A model generated the notes under the pieces. The model did no database searches and was not told the DNA's origin. It saw only the letters and a list, made by a program, of their open reading frames with translations. A stretch of 14,925 nucleotides of DNA from Wallemia ichthyophaga EXF-994 (Eukaryota; Fungi; Basidiomycota), in NCBI RefSeq assembly GCF_000400465.1, contig NW_008806308.1, forward strand, positions 1 to 14,925, read 5' to 3'. This document shows positions 1 to 6,257 of this stretch, one piece after another. Position numbers and translations under genes: made by a program. Position 1 is the stretch's first letter; each line of letters begins with the position of its first letter.

Positions 1-1083
1 TCGCACACGCTGCTAGAGAGATATGAACTCAATGAGATATTAAAGGTACACATTCAATAGTATCGGTAGTGAAACAGACGCAGAATATGAGGTGGAAGAG
101 AAAGTAAAATCTCTGGCGCTTGTGGTTGTTGATGCACCAAAGTCCTTGAAATGAAAATTCTTCCACATACAGTGCGTAACAGCTTCGGTGCGCACTATAC
201 TTTCTGTAAAAGTATAACCAGCATGTGTAAGAGCTTGTATGCTGATATCCCAAAGTTGACTGGGTTTAATGTCAATATCAGCCAGTCTGTTTATACAAGT
301 TGCAAAGTTCCTTCAATAATAACGTACAATTACATTGATACTGTTCAAACAACTTAATCATGTACTACATACTTATTCTTGTTTTAGAAGTATCCGAAGC
401 TAAGAGACCACTTCGAAATTACCATTGATGAAACCGCTTGATTTGTCAATTCATTTGTGTCATGTAATTTAGCCACTTCTCGTCAAGCACTGAAAACAAA
501 TCAACGTCAAAACAGAGCATTGTCAGAGAAGAAAATTAAGATAACAAATTACCACTTGTACAAATCACATCAGTTTCGTTAGCATACAATCCCTTTAATT
601 TCTTGAAGCCGCCTGGACTGACTATCAGTCTTGCACAGTAACCTCTAGATAACCTTCACTTCTTGAGATTGGGAAGTTGGGCCAGGAGAAAGGCAATATA
701 GCGCCTGTGAGACAAATTATCCGTGGAAAAATTGAGATTGAAAGATCTGAGACAAATCAGTGCTATCCTTGAGGTCAGACAAACAACTCACGTGACTCTG
801 TTTGCCAATTCAGGTATTCACATGATATTCTTCAGCATCTTTATAATATACTAGCTTGTAATGTTAGAGATTATATTCTGCGAATTGGCTCGTGAACCGT
901 TGAAGTGGAAATCGTCATTCAATGAGATGAGATTGTAAAACCCACGGCAAGTGAGTTTCAACGAGCCTTAATTCCAGTCAAAACTACGCTCAGTGATTTC
1001 TGCTAAAGGTTCTAGATAAAATATATATAACTACCCATCACAGTTGATAAGAGGAAGTTGCACCGTTGAGGGCCGAAGATGAG

Positions 1084-1100
1084 TTTATTTAAAGTATATA
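1084..1100 (-). terminator. Putative 3'-end formation signals of LAG1 (TATATA followed by AATAAA)
   Basis: The minus strand reads TATATA (1100-1095) then AATAAA (1089-1084), 40-56 nt after the stop codon. Confidence 0.45.
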
Positions 1101-1139
1101 ATGTATTAGGTGTTCTATTAACATCGCGAGCATTCTATT

Positions 1140-2534
1140 TCACTCCTTCTTCACCTCATCACCTTCATCTTCCTCATCATCCGATCTCTCGTCGGCGAGG
1201 TGGTTGTACACCAAAGCGCGAATCAAGATTCTCCAAATAAGGAAGTACCAGAAGAGGTTGAGCAGCTGAAGGGCGAGAATAGGGAGGAAGATCTGCCACT
1301 GCATCCACCCGACCATCCACACACCGTCGGGGGTCCACCACCGCCTGTTCTCCAGTGGAATAAGGGTAAATTGTGTGTAAACTGAGTAGAGAATGCGCAA
1401 GTTGAGCCAGTGACGCATGTACCTGTGTGAGGAGATTAGATGTGACTCTCACTAACCATTTCTACTCACGTCCACACTATAATGAAAAAGCCAAAGATAA
1501 CGTTACCGAGCCAGTGGCCAGGTTTGACGTAGTTGTAGCACTTGGCGAGCGCGAGGAAGATGTCTGAGACATCCATTGTCACGAAGATGGCATTTCCAAT
1601 CATGGAGAGGTTGATAAGGTAGGACCAGAGAATGAGCCAGAGGGTGACAATGTGCTGTGTTGGAGTTCAGCATTGCCATAATCGCAAAGCTGCACGCACA
1701 TGCATCACCAACTCGTTGAAATCCTTGCGCGGTTTCTCGAGACGCAAAATCAAAACCAACATCTGTTGGAGCCAGTAGCTGGTTTGAAGGAGGTAATACA
1801 GCTTAATGTGGTACTTCATGTCCCAGTGCGGGTATTCGAGCCAGAAGTGCTCGGTACGATACCACCACGTAGGCTCCTGATACATGACCCATACGCCTAT
1901 GCTGCCAGCGGATAAGAAGTAGAGAAACGTATAAGCTTGTTCCAAAAACCGCGGAATTTTAGCAGGCTTTGTGCCTATTTTGACGGCAAATGGATGGAGG
2001 ATGTAGAGGGTAATGAATTGCCGGAGGAAGGAAAAGACGATGACGTAGAAGAGAACGAACAAAATATCGTAGTATGATTTTGCATAGCGAGTGGTGCTGA
2101 GAGGGTCATCGGCGTGCCTTGGTACGGGGTTAGAGAGGAAGAGTAGCGGTGAGAGCGGGTTAGGAGCGTCGGGAGTAAACACGCGCCAGTTAAGCCAAGC
2201 CACCAGAGTAATTACGATCATCTTGAGAGATGTTACTGGAGCTTGTGAGTGTGTGCTAGAGTAGAAGAAACTTTTGCTAACAAGGGTGGATCATCCACTG
2301 CATAGTGAATAGGTCTATGAGAAACCCTCTAGAGGGTGGTAGGCGGTCCTGTGACTTTCTTTTGCGTTTGCTGGCAGGGTTAGTATGTATTTGGCCAGGC
2401 TGGGGAATATCGCTGGGAGATGTGAGAATGGCTGCTAGACGCGTTAAATACGCGCACCTGATATCTTGTATGGCATTTGAGATTGAAATTGAGGAAGAAG
2501 ACCTCTGCCGCGTTGTCGGCCTCGGTGCGGACAT
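1140..2534 (-). CDS. LAG1: Ceramide synthase (sphingosine N-acyltransferase), Lag1/Lac1 clade, TLC domain; about 403 aa, 5 exons
   Basis: Exons 2534-2458, 2412-2282, 2235-1700, 1654-1470, 1422-1140 total 1212 nt. GT-AG introns are 45, 46, 45 and 47 nt. The spliced product has the Lag1p motif LEKPRKDFNELVMH|HIVTLWLILWSY...GNAIFVTMDVSDIFL, with the His-His pair split by intron 1655-1699, and an acidic C-tail DERSDDEEDE. LAG1 versus LAC1 orthology cannot be resolved from sequence alone. Confidence 0.95.
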
Positions 2535-2611
2535 TGATGATGGAAGTAACGAAGGAATAAGGAGTGGGAAACAAAATAAAATAAAGATATTGGATATAAA
2601 GTTAAGACAAT

Positions 2612-3181
2612 CTATCTAGATTTTATAGAGGTGATGCTTTCTTGAGATTCTTCAGTATCTTGTATGGCGTCAGCTTGAGAGACCTAAAAGAGATGAGAAA
2701 GGAGTACACGATAGAGACGCCCACTGACATTCCTAAGCACATTTTTCTTGGAAGATTCTTGCAGCTCTCCAGCTATAATCAGCTCATCAAGTATCGAGAA
2801 GGCCTTTTGGAAGTTGAAAATCAAATCCAACTCGCAAACGTTACCAAAGTATCTGTCTAATATTTCAACGTATCTGTGGATAACTTCAAGTGCAATCAAC
2901 TCGTTATCATTATGGCTGACCCCGCAGATAAAGAATAAACTGGCGTATCTCCTGTAAACGATCTTTGAATCTTTGTATTCCAAGAAATTGCACATTTTAG
3001 TCCTTCTACTGAGTACGAGCTGTGTGACGTCCTTGATCAGCTTGGACTTGATTTTCGGTTGAGTCATTATGAACCATTTTGATAGCCTGACTTTTCCTTG
3101 CCTTGAGACTAGAAGGAGCTAGGAGTGGAATATTTATATGTGTTATTCGATACAGCCGCCCAGACTCACATACTCAATCAT
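2612..3181 (-). CDS. APS1: AP-1 clathrin adaptor complex small (sigma-1) subunit; about 157 aa, 3 exons
   Basis: Exons 3181-3170 (MIEY), 3118-2729, 2683-2612; introns 3119-3169 (51 nt) and 2684-2728 (45 nt). Product [20 protein letters not shown]...[12 protein letters not shown]...[19 protein letters not shown]...[18 protein letters not shown] is typical of sigma-1 adaptins. Confidence 0.95.
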
Positions 3182-3195
3182 GGTTCAATTCAACA

Positions 3196-4830
3196 ATGAA
3201 TACGCTCAACAGATCTCTATATTTACTAGGAAATTACTTTAATTTTGTTGAATTTTTAGTCTTGGATAGTGTTTTGAATGGGTGTAGATCATTATCACTC
3301 TATTTGGATATATCAAATTACTCTTTTAGATTGATTTACGCGGGAAATCAATCTATTGATGAGAATTTATTGGATCTAATCAGACAGTTGTCCTCTGTAG
3401 AGCTCAGTGATTCAAACAATGTACTTGTTTCACAGATTTTCTACTCTTTCCCCCTTAGAAGGAAGTTAATCAATTTTAGCTACGAGTTTAATAGAATAGT
3501 TGAGATTTTACAACATATAAGCATATATAGTCACTCGTTAGATATTAAGCTTCATTCTGATAGCAGTAAACTTACTTTACCACCTTCATTCGATACTCTA
3601 TCTGCATTCAATCAGGTACATAGTACCAACATCCATCAAGTACATGAACTATCTCATCACTCTCATCAACTCAGCATAGAAGGATTTATAGCCCTCGATC
3701 GTCATTTTACTTCAGCATATCAGCATTTGTACATCAATCATCATCATTTGGATAGACAACATAGCATAAGCATCTCACTCAATAACGCACTCAATAAAGC
3801 AATCACAGAAAAGAACAAGCACGCCATCTTCGTCATCAAGATACATCTCCCGCTCTCAAAATTAGACTGTTTCAATAACACACTGCATATCGATAACGAC
3901 AAACACATCATATCAATCCTGAACCAAATTATCCAAGATTTTATTACTAAGTATGGCTATAACGACAGTAGCAGGCATCTGCATTCCCTCTCAAATGCAG
4001 CGAGAAAGAGCACACGCAAGACGATCAAACGTAACTCAGTCAGCAGCAATCAGCAATCGAAATGGCTAGAGGGGATATTAGGCGTGAGTGTAATGCTTCC
4101 ATACAAGCACTCTACTAACTCCCGCTAGAAATGGCAGAATCCAGTCTATGAACGAAGCAGGACGCTATCGACTAGACGTTCCCTCACACGCACAACTTCT
4201 ATGCAACCTACACCTTCACCTGCTCCTGGCGAGACTGCGACGCACACGCGCAAAATTACCCGTAAAGACCTCGAGAAAACCCAGGTAATAGGGCAAGTCG
4301 ATAGCAAGTTTATAGTTGCACTATCGACCAATACGCTGCTCATCTTCGATCAGCATGCTGCCGATGAGCGTGTGAAGCTAGAGAGGTATATGAACCAATT
4401 ACTCAGTCGAGAGAACGTATTGCTCGTTTCGCCTAGTATTCGGGTGCGACTGACAGCGATAGAAGTTTACACCCTCCTCTCCAACACTGCAATAGTTGAG
4501 ATGTGGGGGCTATTGCTGCGTCCCCATGACGAACAAGAGGTATGCATCAACACGCTGCCCAACGTTATACACGACAGACTACTCAAAGACCATTCACTCC
4601 TCAGAGATATACTCAGAGAGTGTGTTGATGCACACAACCAACACACTTCTCACACACCTCCCACCTTGCTCAACCTGATTAATTCAAAGGCATGTCGAAA
4701 CGCTTTCAAGTTTGGCGATGTGCTGTCCAATACACAGTCCCAAGCACTTATCAGCGCGCTCTCACAAACTAAAAACCCATACCAATGCGCACATGGCCGT
4801 CCTACGCTATACCCTTTGTTAGAATGTTAA
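3196..4830 (+). CDS. MLH3: MutL homolog MLH3 (MutL-gamma endonuclease subunit) with a highly diverged, shortened N-terminal domain; about 529 aa, 2 exons
   Basis: Exons 3196-4083 and 4129-4830; intron 4084-4128 (GTGAGT...TACTAAC...TAG, 45 nt). The endonuclease motif DQHAADERVKLE (4348-4383), SKACRNAFKFGD and QCAHGRPT are present. The MLH3-type motifs KWQNPVY and QVIGQVDSKFI and the N-terminal remnant FYSFPLRRK are also present. ATG 3196 is in good context (ACAATG). The track's TTG start at 3103 overlaps APS1 and is unlikely. Confidence 0.87.
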
Positions 4831-4879
4831 TGTTAGTATCTGTTTATGATTTATATCGATTTCTTATGCTACACGGACT

Positions 4880-6078
4880 CTAAGCTGTTGCAGCAAATGC
4901 CTTGTTCCACTTCTCCAGCATAGCCTGCTGATCAGCCTCATCCTCCTCTTGTTTCTGTTTCCTGTAAGCGGTAAGATCCCATTCGTCCTCCTCCTCGTCG
5001 CTCTCGTCTTCAAACCAGTCTGCGTTGTAGGTGAAGAGATCACGTCCAGACATACCAACCTGGCGACCAGCCGAGTGGGACGCTTCTTTGACTTTCTTCA
5101 CAGCCTCAGTCTCAGCCTCCTTCTTGTTAACACGGTCTCTCTTCCACTTGTCGAAGTTCTCTTTAGTGACTGGGGTAAGATTCGTGCCGAGCTTGTGTCT
5201 CTCTGTCTCAAGGAAGGCCTCTATCGTAATTTCCTTAGTCTTGTTTGCATTCTCCTCCTTCTCGCGCTTAAGCTGACTCTTGAGAACGAAGCCCTGTGGA
5301 AGTGCGTGTCTGTAGTGACATTCCTTCTTTGTGTCTGGGTCTTCATTTGGACAAGTCCAAAACCAACCGTACTTGTTATCCTCAATGGCCTGGATGAAAA
5401 ATTTGCACACGATCTCAGTTGTACTCTTAGGATTACCGTGTTTGGAGAGAACAACCTGCCTGAGCTTCTCGTCGTCCCACTTATCCATAGTGTCCTGTGG
5501 TGTACTCTCGTCGTCACGTGCATCCGAGTAGATGTCCTTCTTCTCAACCTTTGGCTTTCCATCAGAGTGCGCGAACTTGCATTTCTTTCCTTTCTCGCAG
5601 TAACCTGCTTTGAAGTACTGGCAAACGATTGTCTTAGGATCAACGCCGAACGGTATCTGTGAGTGAGTGTGAGTGAGTTTCTGTGTATGTGCCTATTCTC
5701 TCACTCTCTGCGGTGGTTGCGCACCTGCCAGTAGTTTGGCTTCTTCCGCCGCTTTCTTCTCCGCCAGACGCTTCTGCTGCGTTTCTATATTTTGCTGGCG
5801 CTCTTTGTCACTAGCAACCTTGCTCTTGCCAGACTGCGACTGTTCTTGTGAGATACGTGTAACTTCTCTCTGTCCCTTTCCACCCCTATTCCTGTGAGTC
5901 GATGGCCAATAAACACGCAGAAAAACTCACTTCTTGTTCTTCATACCAAAAGTCTGCTCATCCCGTTAGCCTATTTCCACCGCACTCAATCCTTACTCAC
6001 GTTGTCCACCTTTGGCGTCTTGGACTTCTCCGTCTTTTGCTGCTTCTTCTTGTTGTCCGCCTTGGCTTTGTCTGGCAT
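4880..6078 (-). CDS. TMA46: Translation machinery-associated protein 46 (ZC3H15/DFRP1; two CCCH zinc fingers plus a DRG/Rbg1-binding DFRP domain); about 354 aa, 4 coding exons
   Basis: Exons 6078-6001, 5953-5931 (23 nt), 5891-5705, 5656-4880 total 1065 nt; introns 47, 39 and 48 nt. Motifs: TFGMKNKK, IPFGVDPKTIVCQYFKAGYCEKGKKCKFAH, VCKFFIQAIEDNKYGWFWTCPN...CHYRHALP, ITIEAFLETER, GMSGRDLF. Confidence 0.93.
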
Positions 6079-6089
6079 ATCTGTGTGTG

Positions 6090-6143
6090 CTGTTTTGTGT
6101 ACTGTTAGCTGTGTCCATCGTCCAAGCCTTTTCCGCGCCTCAC
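6090..6143 (-). other. Putative 5'-UTR intron of TMA46 (boundaries uncertain)
   Basis: On the minus strand there are three GT donors (6154 GTGACG, 6149 GTGAGA, 6143 GTGAGG), a branch site GCTAAC (6109-6104) and CAG acceptors ending at 6102, 6090 and 6081. The last acceptor is 2 nt before the ATG at 6078. Confidence 0.5.
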
Positions 6144-6208
6144 TCTCACGTCACTTGTTGAGAAGGCTCAATTTTGAATCGCACGAATAATGTCATAATA
6201 CGTTAAAT

Positions 6209-6247
6209 TTTATTTGTTTTGTCTCTACATCTACATCTACTTCTACA
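6209..6247 (-). terminator. Putative poly(A) signal of the NAK kinase: (T/A)GTAGA x4 followed by AATAAA
   Basis: Downstream of the stop at 6258, the minus strand reads TGTAGA AGTAGA TGTAGA TGTAGA (6247-6224) and then AATAAA (6214-6209). Confidence 0.5.
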
Positions 6248-6257
6248 CTCGTGATAA

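Noticed and set aside
44-441. ATGA stop/start overlap at 151-154, and a possible 45-nt intron (343-387) joining ORF 151-357 to KYPKLRDHFEITIDETA
   Set aside because: There is no recognisable homology, and the donor GTTCAA lacks the +5 G seen in all 15 modelled introns. An ATGA overlap arises easily by chance.
3103-3195. N-terminal extension of MLH3 from TTG 3103
   Set aside because: It uses a non-ATG start, lies antisense to APS1 exons 1-2, and shows no MutL similarity.
4816-4830. MLH3 ends in LLEC, resembling the MLH1 C-terminal FERC zinc ligand
   Set aside because: It is a single residue match, and the rest of the protein is clearly MLH3-type. There is no support without orthologue conservation.
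4949-5662. 237-aa hydrophobic plus-strand ORF
   Set aside because: It is the antisense shadow of the Lys/Glu-rich TMA46 exon (AAG/GAG codons give CTT/CTC), has no recognisable motif, and ends at the TMA46 intron.
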